Source: Klebsormidium nitens (taxonomy: Eukaryota > Plantae > Klebsormidiophyceae). Taken from it: a stretch of DNA of 64,000 bases. Where the stretch lies: the NCBI GenBank assembly GCA_000708835.1, contig DF237453.1:1-64000 (forward strand), read 5' to 3'. Positions within the stretch are counted from its first letter, which is position 1. Each line of letters starts with the position of its first letter. Position numbers and translations under genes: made by a program. The notes under the pieces were generated by a model. That model saw nothing but the letters and a program-made list of their open reading frames with translations, had not been told where the DNA came from and did not search any database. Of this stretch, positions 36,401 to 50,242 are shown piece by piece.

Positions 36401-36941
36401 CTCCTTGGACGCGTCGGAAAACTCACTTTGTCAGCACTTTGTCAGCACTTTGTCAGCACTTTGTCAGCACTTGTCAGATACAGGATCGCTCTAATTATTC
36501 AGAGTCACGAGCAGCCTTCACCAAGCCCTTTGTTGGCACCGTACTCGGGCGCTGCAAACCAAGTCCCGGACCCTCTTGTTATCCATGATTTCTGCCAGTC
36601 CCGTTCAGACGAAAATTCGAACTCTTTGCTATTCTGGATGCTAGCTGTCCTTCCGGCCTCAGGTCAACGGAGTCCTTCAGAAACTCCTTTTTCCTGCAAC
36701 GAAGTTCGCAACGTGAACGAACGAACGGGTGGGTTTCATACCAGCCAAGAAGTGAAGTCCTTTCTTGGATCCCGCTCCGCCCACTGATTCCGTTTCCATT
36801 TCTACGCAGATCGTCTGGGCCAAGACCACCCAGCTGGGCTGCGCCGTCGTGGCTTGCCCCGACCCCACCTACCGCATGACCCAATTCTGGGTGTGCAACT
36901 ATTGGCCCAACGGGAACATCATCGGTCAGCGGCCTTATTAG
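33470..36941 (+). CDS. Secreted CAP/SCP (PR-1-like) protein, ~477 aa, with a long N-terminal extension; exons 33470-34552, 35440-35568, 36134-36223, 36810-36941
   Basis: Signal peptide MGKTAAPSFWASSLVGCLLLSSLLLAEAG. CAP motifs: FLDAHNAARSAVGVQPIKWNTTLAIFAQ|AWAN, YGENIAW, WAGESIYY, CGHYTA|IVWAKTTQLGCA, WVCNYWPNGNIIGQRPY*. All introns are GT-AG phase 0. Confidence 0.95.
34574..34608. repeat. 12-bp tandem repeat x3 (intronic)
   Basis: CGCTATTTGGTA x2 + CGCTATTTGGT. Confidence 0.9.
36424..36477. repeat. 11-bp tandem repeat x~5 (intronic)
   Basis: CACTTTGTCAG x4 + CACTTGTCAG. Confidence 0.92.
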
Positions 36942-39900
36942 GTTTACTACGACGTGAAAAACATCTAATGACGAATAAGTGATGAGAAGGGAGGGTGGGA
37001 TGAAGAATCAATGTCGATCAGTTGAGGGGTGATGGAACCTAGGAACACATAGACAGGAAAAGGATTGGCAGAAGAGCGTTGGGTCATTGACGGACTGACA
37101 GAATGTATGGTAACGATACAGAACAGACAGCAATCATTCTTTTACTGACAGGTTTGTAGGACAGGTATTGAAAACACAGGGCAAGCATAAATCGATTAGC
37201 ACTCGACTGGAAAGCAGCACAGGGTGGTAGCAACGGATGCGTCAAGAAAGGAAATCGACTGAGAACCTGATACGTTACAATAAGAGGACTGCTCAAAGTG
37301 CAAGAACGAATCTGGTTCGGGACGTGCGAAAGAGCGTGATATCCACATACAGTATCGATCAGATGGATCGAAGATCCGAGTGTCCGGAATTTAGTTGCAG
37401 TACGGCTGCAGAAATTTTTTTGAGTCACCTGCGCCTGTGCATATGAAGCTAGATCATCGGCCCAAAGTGGGAAACGGGACGCCCTCTGCAATCCAGGAGA
37501 TTGATTCTTGAACGTGCCTGACATGCACCTTTGAGTAATGCAGAGACCGAGTTCATTTAACGGGCTGGAACGCTCGACACGTCTCTCAACCATTATGCGG
37601 AGTTGCCAATTGACATGCATGTCAGCATGTGTGATTCAAATGAGTGCCGGAGCTGTTTTGCACCCCCCCACGCAAGCAACGGCGCCATGCGAAACTGAGC
37701 TCATGACTTTGCGCGACTCTGTAATAGCGCAAGCGAAAATGATCTTGCCGCGAGTCAGGGGAACGTTTGGCATCCGGTTGTCCAGTTTGAATTCAAGGGA
37801 ATCCCCCAAGCGTTGAACGGGCATTGGCCATCGGGAAGCACCACAGGTCAATCAGTTGTGCCTCATTGGAGAGGTCTCAAGCTTGGTCGGATAAACATTG
37901 GAAATGTATCACGATGCGCAGCCGGCTGATCTTGCGCGCCACCAAGAATCGATTGAAGGCTGCGAAGATGGACGTGGGGAGCAGGGGAGCTGTGCCGCAC
38001 GCGGCTAGTGGGCGGATTGACGGCGGCTTGTCTGCCGGCCTGAAGTCTTGAGTGAGCTCGGCTACGTTTCACCGATAATCTTAATAAGGCTTTCCTAATT
38101 CATGGGCGACCATTCCCTCGCATAATTTTCAATAACTGGTGAGTCCAGACCAAATGAAACGCGGTGCACCGTGCCAATGCAAGCACGCCGCGAGGCTCAT
38201 ACTACATGGACGGGCCGCCGCCGCTCCGCATTGCCAGTGCGATCGTGAGGAGACGGCCTCGATACGGACACGAAAATAGCGCAAGCCTTGACTCGAGCTT
38301 AGCGGACGGTATCTGAGCGCAGCCTGAACGGACGTCCATGCTACCTGACGACGGTCGCGGCCTGCACGCGTGAAAGTGGCCGCGGGCGCCGGCGACGGCA
38401 GTCACACCGCCCGGCGTGCGCGGCGCGGTCGCGCCAAAAATGGATACCCATCGTCTGGTTCGATATCGGCATATTCGGAGTCGGCGAGAGCCGTCGATAA
38501 AATGCGCGCGGAGAAAGTAGGTCCCCTTTCGATCTCTGCCGACGGTAGGTTAACAGTGCTCAATGTACCCCGGACTTTGCAAAGGCTGTCGACGATTCAG
38601 TCTACAGTAAGTTAGCTAGTAGGTAGCTGAGGGTACTCCCGGCCAGTAGGGAGTGGGCACATACATATCCATCTGTACTCCAGAGCCACTTTGCAGGTAC
38701 TAAAGTGTTTTGGAGTCGCTATCGCTTAAATCGTACTAAGCTTAAGCAAGTACATCTGTATCCTCTGGCCCTAAGCTTCTAGTTGACCTTGACTGCCATG
38801 TGGCACATTAATTCAAGGACATATGAAAAATAGCACGTGCTGAATGCAGCACCGAACAGAGCCTCCACGTGCCACCTTCTACGTTTATGTTCCGCTGCGT
38901 TGACCGCGAGTTTCAAGTGTAGTCTGCTCGTAGCATACCTTTGCCCTAAAAAGTAGCCGCTCTGACGTCAGCTCCTCGGACTAGCTATCAGATGTGGGCC
39001 CCGTGCGAATGCAACCGTCTGTTCCTTACGTAAGCATATGCCCAATTCAAACAATGTTAGAGCTGGCGCTTGTCTGAGAGTGCAGACACCGGTTCGCCAA
39101 TTGTGACCGCATCTGCTGAGAATTCGGCGCACTTCTGAGCGGCGACTGATTCTGAATATTGGAACTTCTCTCTTTTTGCCAGCATTGCGCGAGAAGCGAG
39201 ACCTGACGTCAGCTTCACAAGAACTGTACTTACAAGGTACCCAAGGCCGCGCAGCACGTAGCTAAGTGCGAGGCGGTACTGTTCTGCATTCACAACATAT
39301 CATAGTCTCATCATTGTACAGCAATTAGAGTATATATATGCACAATTAGGACTCGAGGATCAATCACAGGCTTGAGTTCTGGTGTCGCCAAGTCACACTA
39401 ATTAACTTCGTTGAGACCGCCAGTCCTGTAAATTTTATGCAGTTGCAATGTGCTCTGTTTGAGCGTTGGTTGCCTCTGGCCTTCTGAAAGCAGGCGGTAT
39501 TACTGGCCAAACGCGGGGGCCAAGCAATCATGGTCTTTCTGATTCAACTTGGCTAAATGCTGTGGTCTTCTTTCAAGGCCGCCTTTGATGCCACTCCCAT
39601 CCGTCATGCTGGCCCTTTCGGAGGAAAGGAAAAGGGATTACGATAGGATGGGCAGATTGCCAAACGCAGGCTCCTATGGTTATGTGGCGCATTCATAAGA
39701 TCTGAACCATGAGAGTGCTTTGAAAGCGAGCAGGGAACGAAGCCCGTCCCAACCGAGGCGTTCCAAGGGGGAATGATCATCAGGAGGAGATAGGTGACTA
39801 TTCTGAATATTTGAGAATAGGAAGACTTACAAAGCTCAGAGAGGTTGGATTCCACAGAGGACGCGCAAGGCCTCCAAAGAGCGCTGCTTCAAGCAGTCAG

Positions 39901-40860
39901 ACCGCTTGCTGTGTTTCTGTATATGAAGGTTCAGGGCCAACTCCATCACTGGCAGATAGCAGACGGCAGACGCCAGACGTCAGCACCCGCCAGCTTGACG
40001 GAAGGGACACGTTTGGAGAGGCGAAGCAACTGGGTTAGCAACATGAATGCTGAGCCAAATGCGGGCCAGCTGAAACCTGAATATCGGGGCCCTAGCCACT
40101 AGACGCAGCATTCCACCGGGGGACCACCGTTTTTCAAGTCATGCAGGCAAGCCCTCGATTCTTCTTCTCCGTCGGAGGTCTATATGCCAATCTGCCCGAA
40201 GTAGCTATGCTGCCTTAGACAAGGCTGAGAAATCGCAGACGTTCCTGAGGTTGTAAAGAAGGTGCGAGGTGTAGGTTCTCGTGTTCTGGGGGACCGAAGG
40301 GAGATCGGGAGGTCGTGAGATAAGACTTAATGCAGTATAAGAACCTCCTTCGTATTTAACAGCACAATATTGAGGCAGCTACTGAAGAAGCTAAACTACC
40401 GCAACAAATCATCATATGGGCGGAATAAAAGAATTCGTTTTCGTCCTTAAGAAGACGCTTGTCTTTCACGAACGACCGCAGAGTTTTCATGTTGAGTTGT
40501 CTTCCTTCTCGTTCACTTTGAAAGTGCTTGGTTCATAGTCTCTCCCTATGCCTCCTTGGGGCTGGAGCAAACGGCCAAGCGACAAGGAGCAATTTCCTAC
40601 CTCTTATCCGGTAAAAGACTGCCTATCTCTAAATTTGGACCTATCCCCTAGAAAATCAACAGCTATACCTGCTCATTACAGCTAGAACCCATCCCGTAAA
40701 AGAGCTACATTCGTTCACAGGCTGTCGCAAAAGAACCGAAGACATGGCTTCAGCAGATTGGCAGCATTGAACAACATTCAACTCTGCCTGCAGAGACTCG
40801 CTGGATCTTAATAAGGGTGCACATCACTCCTCAACTCCTTACGGCCCTCCGTTATCACAG

Positions 40861-43800
40861 GCCGCCCTAGAGGCGCGCCCCCGATGGGCGCACTGGGACG
40901 AGAGCCTCCGTTCGGACGTGCACTTCCGGAGCTTCGCCACTAAGGAGGCGACACGTGGCAGCATCAAGTGGCCCCCGCAATGGAACAGCTCTCCCATCGT
41001 CGACCCGCAGGGCCCTTTAGCGGGGGTCAGGGAACGGGCGAGATCGGCCCCCCCGGAACGGAACAGGGAACGAGGGGAACGAAAAGCAGAGAGGGGATCC
41101 GTGGTGCCTAGGTGGGTGATTGATGCGAAAATCACAAACCCAGATTGTCACAGCCATAAGTGGAGCTAATAGATGCTCCGCTTGTGAGCAAGCGCTAGAC
41201 TCGCCAATACAATAATCACGGACGGCTTCGATGAGGACGCAACGTTAGGCACGATGCTGCTCAAGCATGATGGAGGTTCTACAGCTATCAGTCGTGGCAG
41301 GTTTCGTACTTCGTGACGTGACGTGACGTGACGTGACGTGACATGGAGAACGCCGAAGAGTCTTTACATGATTAAAGTCGCTCAAAAAGTGGAAGTTAGT
41401 CTAACTTTCTCTTCAACTTACATCAAGAAGCAACAGTTCCAATCCTGCAATCTCAAACCCTGCCCTCCGGTTCCGCAGGTGGGACAATTCCGTCGAAACC
41501 AGCATCCGGGAGCGCACCGGAAAGGCAAAGCTCAAAGTGACCCTGCCCAAATATGCGGAGCCGTTCCGACCGAAGAGCGCGCCGCGGCCGTCGCGCACCG
41601 AGGTAAGACGCCGAGATGCTGATGTCACCTCCTTGTCACCTATATATTGGTCTTTGATGATCCTATAATCTTGAGCTTGTTTGAAGTACGCCGTTGCAGA
41701 CGATTCAGCCGTTCCGTTGGATCAAGCCGCTCTGAGTTTCGGTACCTACAGAGTGGCTGCTAACACGAAAGCGACTGTTTCATTCGCCACGATGACAGAG
41801 CTCTGTACAATTCCAAGCAGGGACACGAAACAAAAGGAAAGATGACAGCTACGGTTGGTGATCATTCGTAAAATGCATCGGATTCAGCGTACAGGAACGG
41901 AGTTCCTTTGCACACTCACTGCTCCTGTTTTCCTAAGTGTTCCAGAAGCTGCTTTCGAAACGCTCTGAAGCTCTCTCTAACCTCTTTAGTTTCCGAGCCG
42001 TCTGGTTCAACCACCCAGCACGCGACACAAGGCAGAATAGAGTTCCCGTTTCGAAGATTACGGTTTCCTTTCAAACAGCTGTACCACGACCGGCTCATTG
42101 ACCAGCACTTTTCCTGACAGGTCCCCCGGTCAAAGACGCCCGTCAGCCGATCTTGGGAAGGCCCTTTCTCGTCGGAACCCGCCGCCCCTGCAGCGACCGG
42201 AAGACACGCCCGGGCTGTCCGCACGCGGCCGCGCGCGCTCGCACCAGGGGACCTTCGCGCCTCCGCTGAGATGTTCCGTACAGTCAGACGGAGATCTCAG
42301 TCCCCAACGTTTCCTCGAGGAGGGATGCAATCGGCTGGGCATGAGAAAGAGGTGCTCGGGAGAGCAAGAAATGCGGGCTGCTCTCGACCGGTTTCTAAAG
42401 GAGGGCTACGTGCGCGCCAACAGAGTGCGAGCGCCGACCACATGCCGGACTTTGACTACGGAAAGGGGACGCGGCGCGCTGCGCGGAAAGATGACACCAG
42501 GTCTGGAAGCGAACGCGCGGGCAGGCGCAGACAAGATTCGGTGTCAACGCCGCGCGCGAGCGTCGTCCAGGACGTCGCCGCGGCCGCAGACGCGGCGCTC
42601 GCCAAAGCCCTGTCCCTCCTCCGCCAGAGCGCGCCCCCGCCCGCGGCGCTGACTAGACCGAAAACGGCGCCGCTTAACCGGACCCCAGTGATCTCCACAG
42701 ACCTCGACCCGCCCACGAGTGCGAAGGTCAAAACGAGCGTTTCCTCCAGAGCCGATCGTCTCGCGGCCGCGCGGCCGCGCTCGAACTTGTCGCGGCAAGC
42801 GCTCCCGGCCGTAGACGACCCCCCGGGCACAATCGCACCCAATTCTCATTCTCACAACGAGCACGGTAGGAAGCTCCGGGCAAGCGACACCCCTTCGATG
42901 ATTACACCAAAGCCAGCGGGTCTTGTGCGGCGGGTTGTTGCGTCCACGGGCGAGGGCGCCGCTGACTGCTTCGGTTTGGACAGGGCCTCGGAGTGGACGA
43001 GCGCGGCCGCGAGCGGGAGCGCGGTGTGCCTGGTTGAGCTGGCCCGGGGGGAGACGACCGGGGTGTTTGTGAAGCTCGTGGTGACGGATCGGGAAAGGGC
43101 GCTGGGCGGGGTGCGGTTCGCGCATGCTGCGGACTTGACGGATGCCTTGGAGGAGGTAAGTAGATCAGAATTATCTCGTTAGGAGGTATATTGGACGCCT
43201 CTGTCAGTTTGAGCGGTCGAACGTGTCGAGAGAAACGGCCATACAACGTGCACGGTCGCGCGATAAAAAGAGACAAGTCTGCTTGATTGACGGGTCGGGG
43301 CTGGCCTGTTCAGTGGCCGGAATGCTTTGCAGAATACATTACGAACGGGAAGACTTTCGAAAGATCGCGAACAACCGGCTTCGCACCCAAAATGAGCACA
43401 GAATCTGAATAACACGACCAGAATACAAGACCGTCGGTAAAGCCGGACGACCGGGTATCCAACAATGTCTGTTTTGTAATCAACTCACTCTTCAGCGTCC
43501 AGGTTGCGGAGCAGCTCTTACACAATCATGGTTCGAAGTTTCAATATATCCGTCGAACTTTCTCAGGTGGGCTACGGCGACATCCGCTTCCACGCCAAAG
43601 ACAACCCGAGCCCCGCAAACCCCGTGGTCCGAACCTTCAAACTGGGAGCCAAGACCGCGATCGGGCGTTACCTCAGCGTGACGCTATACCCACGTCACAG
43701 CTCGCTCGCGGACACTCAAAGTGACATCAGCGTCCAGAGGATCTACGTCGGACGGGGCGATCCGGCCCTGCTGTCCGAAAGCGTTCTGATGCGGAAACCG

Positions 43801-44559
43801 GAGAAGAAGCTCCGGATGGTCGGCAGCTTCCGGCACGTGTTTGTGGAGGAGACCGGCAAAGAGAATCGGGAGGAAGGGAGTCAAGGTCAGATCTCCGGTG
43901 CAGATGTACCGGTCGCTGTTGACGGCTCGTGGAATGCACCGGTCGCTTTCGACGGCCCGGGAGATGTACCGGTCGCTTTTGACGAGTCGGTTGATAGTTT
44001 AACACAGGCCCAAACTGCAGAACCTGGGGCAGCGGTGGCAGGGATAGATTCTGCTCGGCAGTCCGGCTACCGAGCGTCGAACGAGTCAAACAACGGAACG
44101 TCTCTAGCCCCTGGAGAACTTTTCCGAGTAAGCGAGTTTGGCGACCGGTCTAAGCGAGCGTCCGCCGCTGACGCCTCCGGTTATAGTACCCGGCTGGTGG
44201 CGGTTAAAAATAACCCGGGGAGCGCAACCGAGCGGGTTGCATCCCCCGGGCCGGACCAGCTTGAGGAGTGGCTCGCGGGCGCTCTGCGGTTTGACAGACC
44301 GAGTTTGGAGGAACGGATGCCGGCTTATGTCCCGGTCGCTGACTCGGAGGCGGCGACGTATGAGGGGCCGAACACGGGGGATGGTCGCCTTGATGAGGAG
44401 GAAGCGGGGGAGGAGATTGTGGAAGAAGAAGTTCGGAGCCAAGATGAGTCTCAAAAGTTGGACGAAGAATGGAACGATATCCTAACTGGTGAAGCATTGG
44501 ATGATCCAGCCGCTGGAGCTGGAATAAGTGACCGCGCTGACGGAGTAGATGAATGCTGA
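40861..44559 (+). CDS. Uncharacterised protein: basic Pro/Arg/Ser-rich N-part, probable discoidin/galactose-binding-like beta-sandwich, acidic tail; exons 40861-41111, 41479-41602, 42121-43155, 43567-44559; start exon not located
   Basis: GT-AG exons are phase-consistent (2, 0, 0). Putative domain EWTSAAASGSAVCLVELARGETTGVFVKLVV...LEE|VGYGDIRFHAKDN...RTFKLGAKTAIGRYLSVTLYP...ISVQRIYVG resembles the F5/8-type C / jelly-roll pattern. The domain call is tentative. Confidence 0.7.
41312..41342. repeat. (CGTGA)6 intronic microsatellite
   Basis: CGTGACGTGACGTGACGTGACGTGACGTGAC. Confidence 0.92.
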
Positions 44560-46204
44560 TTTTGCCCCTATTAAGGGAGAACAGCTAGTGTAGAAAAATA
44601 TGCAATAAAACCTTTCGTCAAGGAGAATATACAACGCAGCATGGTCAAAAGAAATTATTAGAAAGGTTCCTTGCGATGTTAGGGATCAAAATTAATATAT
44701 CCTTTGAGGATGATGTAGTTCCGGGTTGAAGCAGTAACGTGCAGAGGACTAACGATGCGTGTCACTGACAAGATTGATTGTCAAATATTCTTTGCGGTAA
44801 CTTTATCGCCGGGAGTTGATCTGGAATGATTACTGCATGTGATTGGACGCCTGGCATTGACAGAAGGCGCACTGATGCTATGAGTGCCCTGCGAACGTCA
44901 ACACGTGCTGAACTTATATTAGACACTTAATTCAATTTTCAATATGCAGAACACCAAGGTGAATCGCAAGTTATTCCGGCAAATCAGGACTTTCGCATGC
45001 ATGTTGCTGAACGGAAACGTCTTTGACTCTGAACCACAGGACAGGTATTTTCTTGAGAATTGATCAAGGATTCTGAAAGGCCAATCAGGCAACAATTTAG
45101 ACTCCATCTATGGAAGTCATGTTGGTCCTTATAGTGTACTTTTTGTCATCTTGAGCTTCGCGTCAAATTCCTATCATCTGACACGTCCAAAAACAGAAGC
45201 TCTCATGTAACTTGCCTCGTAGCATTCTCTCGTAAGTAGGGCTGCTCGGATTGGGGTATGTCTGACAATTGCCTATTGGTTGCACCGAAGCACGTATATA
45301 TTGGTTGAAGTTTCCTATTCTCTTCCGGTTCCGAAAGCAGTGACTGCTTGAACTTCTGAAGGGGTTCAATTCTTCACACCACTTTGAAGTGTCTCTTCTC
45401 TGGGGTGACGTCAATCGTGCACACCTGTTGAGAGGCTTTCTTGGTCAGCCGTTCAGGCCACTGGACTTAGAAGCGGAATCCACGGTTTTGGGTCGGCGCT
45501 TTTTTGACAGGCTACATGGTTGATTTTACTTGCTGTCTTCAACCGGATGCAGTTGAGGCGAACCTTTGCCTACTATAAGTTTCCTGCGCAGGCCAGGCTC
45601 ATGAACGTGGCCTCTGAGTTGAAAATTATCTCACACGTTCTTCGAAGAACTTGAGCACGTGTTGAACAGGTCAAAGCACATCCATTTTATTCATTGAGAC
45701 CGTATTCGTATGGCCTTCCACATCCTTGACAACGTGGGTACAGATCAGCAGCTGGATTGATCCACACATCATGTAGGGCACGTAGGAACTGTTGCAGTTG
45801 CCCAATGCGCAAGTACGTAAAGGAATTTGCAACGTCAGCACAGAACGTACATATCATCATCATACGCTGCTCCATGCATCCGCGCCCCTCGATGTCGCAC
45901 ACCGCGCGCGCGTTCGTCCACCACATATGTCCCTAAACGTGGCGGCCGCCAGGCTGCGGCGTCGCTGGCGGCCGCGGCGGCTGTTTCTGCTCGAGCTTAG
46001 GATCCACAGATACTGATTTACAGATGCCAAAGATTCAAGAAGATCAGGATTGGCTGCTGAAAGGAGCGCAATACCTGCAGTGTCCTTCTCCAATTAGGGC
46101 TCATTATCTGAACTGCTGATGATCCCTCATGGTGCTTGAGCTTTATTCCGCAGGGGCATCTTGTTCAGACAGAAAGCTCTTAGAATGATTGGGAAGAAGT
46201 CGTC

Positions 46205-49200
46205 ATGGCCGCTACCTTGCAATCCTTTGTTAGGACTGTCGAAGGGAAGACAAGGGTCCTGCGTATGGATCCGTCCGCCTCAATTAAAGAAGTACTAGTT
46301 GAAAGCGCAGTTGACTGGGGCCCTCTGGGAGACTTCCTTCTAGACAACGTTTACGTCACGCATCACGGGCGACGGTTAGACTCTTGTTCAACACTGGAGG
46401 AGTCAGAAGTGGGCAACCTGGACGTCCTGCAGCTAAGGGGTCGACTGAAGAGCACTTACTGTCCTCAAGCTCACAGTCTAGTGTATGAGTTTTGCTTCCT
46501 TGCTTGGCAGCTCCAGCATTCAGGACTTGGGGAAGTTGCCTTGCAAAACTACTTGGATGAATTCAAGAGCCTTAGCACAGCTTTGATGTGCTGCATCCAG
46601 GGCCGCGATCCAGTCAAGGCTGGTTATCTGGCCCGCCTGTTCCTTGCTACCGATTGTGTAAGGTACATCGTGACGATGCTTTTAGGACCTTCTGCAAACT
46701 CGTTCAGGTGAGCGTATGTAGTTTGATGCAGACAAAATAGCTCAGCTAGGGTTGCTGAGAGGATGTTTGCAACTTTTTGTTAGCTAGCTGCTATATAGCT
46801 TTGCAGCAGCTACCGTGTATTCTGTTCAGGGATGTGCCTGGAGAGCCTCCCTAATCTTCGTCTCACTACCTCTTTCCGTACAAGCACAGGGATTGCAGAT
46901 CTTGGTTACAAGGTTTGGTCCATTTCCTCGTCTTCTCATCTATTCTGGATTGGTTTTGAGATACATCAGAGTACCCCCAGTAACAATCTTATCTTTCAAA
47001 TTGCAGTACAAGGGCATCAGAACATTTCATCGTGCGCTTCGCCAAATACTGCAACCCGGATGCAAGGCCGTCCGGTCTCAAACACGTGGTGCAAATTTTC
47101 TGGAGTCTCCTTCGTGACCTATTCACCAGCCCTTTCTTGGAGGCTGCTCTTCCTCGAGTCCGTGCCTTCCTCCAACAAAGTCAGGAGATACTCTCAGCGG
47201 CCATGAGCGTCGCACTCTGTGCAAAACAGCTGGACCTCCTTCTTCGAGATCCGACCATTAGAAAAGAATTTCGCCGCCCGGCAACTTTGTTCCTTGATCT
47301 AGCTCTATCAGTCCGGAAGCGCTCTCTGCAGTGGGTCTGGGAACTCCGGTCTCGTGGGTATGATCAGACGACAGAAAGAGAGTCCTGGCTGACAGGTGAA
47401 TACTTCACATCGGGTCTCAGTATCTGCTGCAAATATCTCAGGTCCCAAGCTGAATACAAGCGCAAAGTCGTCCGCATGGAGCTTCTGTCGAGCTTGCTCT
47501 TTGCCTCGCCCTCCTCCGGACCTACTGCGCAGATCCTGTACGGAAACCTCGAAGAGGCGATCAACGGAGTTCTTGATGAACTCGGAAAGCTGCCTCTTCC
47601 AACTGATGCTCGAAAGCAAGGCACGCAGCTTGTCTCGGCTCTGCTCCAGGGACTGCGCACGATAGCCAATACGGATGCCAGTCTCAAAATTCGTTTCTCC
47701 GCTCTCCTCCGCGTCCGAATCTTCCCAATCGTATCTCTTGTGTTGGAAGAAATGAAGGATCTTGCGTCCTCTGGAGGATCGTCTCCCTGCTACCTGCGAT
47801 GGTTCTGGTCCTTAGAAGAGAGCGCAGAGCTTCTTGACCCCAAATGGAAGCAGGAATGGATCCGCTACTGCTTCCGTAGCCGCGAAGAAGACAACGGTAC
47901 CCAACATGAGGTCGTCATCCAGAGAGGCACGAACCTGCTGACTCAAGCCGTCGAAAACTTAGGGTCCGCCTCCTGGAAGTCTCTCATGCGGCCGCTTGCT
48001 GTGACCTTCGAGGGAGAAGAGGGGAAGGGGCCAGGTCTCTTACGGGAGTTCTTTACCCTGGTAAGACAAACCCTGACAACTTGCCAGTTCAGATCTACTA
48101 TGAATCACATCGGGTGAAAGAGAACTCTCGCAAAGTTTTAGGTTACAGGAATGAAGACACTCCCAAGAATGAAATGTGATTTTCCATAATAACGGAAGGA
48201 TTGAGAGCGGGTGTAAATTCCATCTCTGTTGAACTTCAGGTTGCATACCTCTCTCTTGATTGGAAAAAGCAGGTTAACACAACAATGCATGCACGCTTTG
48301 CGACTAATCCGCTTTTGGTGTTGCTCTGGAGTAGTTAGCGAAGTTCTGAACCTCTGAGGATCACCGTTGGGAAAGAGCAAGCATAGAAGGATTCCTGATA
48401 CTAGCATGTCGCTTTCTGCCAGGTCACGCGGCAGCTCTTTGACCCTGCGTGTGCGCTGTTCGTCGCGACCGGTCCCGACAAGCGGTGCTTCTTTCTCAAC
48501 CACGCCTCTAGCATCAATCCCGGCCATCTAGCTTACTTTAGGTTCTGCGGCCGCTTTGTCGCACTCGCGCTGTCCGGGGGGGTCGTTTTGGGAGTTCGCT
48601 TCACTTGCGGACTGTTTGATCTGCTCAAGAAGGCAGACGCAAGCTACGTTTGGAACATCGAAGCGGCTCTGAAGACAGCGGAGGATCTTGATCCGGTTCT
48701 ATTTGACAGCTGCAAGAAGCTGCTGGCAATGAGTGCGCAAGAAGTAAGTTCGCACTTTCGAAAGTCCCGGTTCCTCCCTTCATTGAGTTCCTGTATGACA
48801 TTTGAAGCAAATCAGGGGTAGTCGTATCTTGAATGGATGTATATTGGGTACAAGTACAAACTGAAAACATCTTCAAAATCCTCAAACAGCTTGATCTGCA
48901 TCAAACGAGTTAGAAGATTCGTCGAAACGGAGGATAAGCAAGAAGTTTTTGCCCCATGTCTGCACCCTACTTTTCCTCTGCCATCTGACTTTTGCCCGCC
49001 TTCTACCATTTCAGCAGGGAAGAGAATCACAAGCTACCTTCTTTGCAACCACGCCTAACGGCTTTCCTACGTCTGAAAGTGATCAATCACCAACCTACAA
49101 GCGTTCTGCCTTCTCTACAGTTGAAGGAGGCCTCTTTACCGTTCGTGTGCACGGAACCCGACGGCTTCGGCGGATCCAATGAAACGCCCTTGATCCACAC

Positions 49201-50041
49201 AGATGGGGATCGTTTCGTAACGACAGCGAACCGGGAGTTCTTCGTTTGCGAAAAGATTCGGCGCCAGCTGCTAAAGCCCGTTATGAAACAAGCAGCAGCG
49301 CTCAAGGAGGGGCTCTCGTATCTGCTACGGCCCGGAATTGAGCTGTCCGAACTCCTCGGACCTTTGGGGCGGCAGGTACGGATCTTACGTCTTGCTGTTT
49401 CCGCTATGTCCAGTCCTCCCGTCTGTATCGGAGGCACAATGCACGTTTGGTACTGTTAGCAGATCTGATTCAGGAACCTAAGTTCCTCTGATAATCCTAA
49501 TGCTGCTTCCTCAATCTAGAGCATTTTCGAAGGCTCACAATTCTCCTCTCCTTGTTTTCTTCGAGTACGGTTGAAGTCGTCTTGATCCGAATTTTGTATG
49601 ACTAGTCTCTTTAACCAGCCGGGGCATTGACTATGGAATTCATTTCTCGTTCGGCTCCAGTACTTTGACCAACTGCTTCTCGGCCAACCGGAAGACCTCT
49701 CCATCGTGGACTGGAAGGCCCACACAGTCTACCACGGCTACGGCGCCAAGTCAAAGGTCATCAAAAGGTTCTGGAAGGTCGTGGAGGGCCTCTCGGACGA
49801 TCAGCGGCGACGCCTCCTCTTTTTCGCCACTGCTGTGAAGTCGCTCCCGCTCGCCGGTTTTGCCGGCTTACAGTCCCGATTTCACATCCACAAAGCCGAT
49901 TGCGCGTTGAACAGGTTGCCCACCGCGCACACGTGCTTCTTTCAGCTTGTCCTTCCGGCGTACGATTCCTGGAAAGCTATGCGACGGAGTCTGCTGACTA
50001 TCGCGCAGGAGGAGGTTTCGCAAGGTTACGGGATGATTTGA
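46205..50041 (+). CDS. UPL5: HECT E3 ubiquitin ligase with N-terminal ubiquitin-like domain (UPL5 type), ~837 aa; exons 46205-46707, 47007-48060, 48423-48743, 49121-49375, 49661-50041
   Basis: UBL domain: LQSFVRTVEGKTRVL...HGRRLDSCSTLEESEVGNLDVLQLRGRL. HECT domain: VTFEGEEGKGPGLLREFF, YFRFCGRFVALAL, DWKAHTVYHGY, FWKVVEGLSDDQRRRLLFFAT, and catalytic LPTAHTCFFQL. Four GT-AG introns with consistent phases. Confidence 0.95.
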
Positions 50042-50242
50042 ATGCAGACGTCGCCTTTTGAAAGTTCGTCATAAAGAATTTGGACAAGATTCTCAAGGTT
50101 GGTCAAGTAAATAGCTTCCAGGATTGGCAGTCTGACTGGCTCTCTCCGCAAACTCTGCCGCGACTTTTCTTGAGAAATACGAACTGCCTTGCAATAATTG
50201 AACTTACTTTTAAAGCCAATCCTGAGGGTTGCCATCTCGCTT

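Noticed and set aside
41312-41342. (CGTGA)n as an ACGT-core bZIP/ABRE enhancer array
   Set aside because: It is a simple intronic microsatellite; nothing in the sequence shows regulatory function.
46205-46460. UBL of UPL5 as a cleavable ubiquitin fusion
   Set aside because: It ends LQLRGRLKS without the di-Gly; an integral UBL is normal for UPL5-type ligases.
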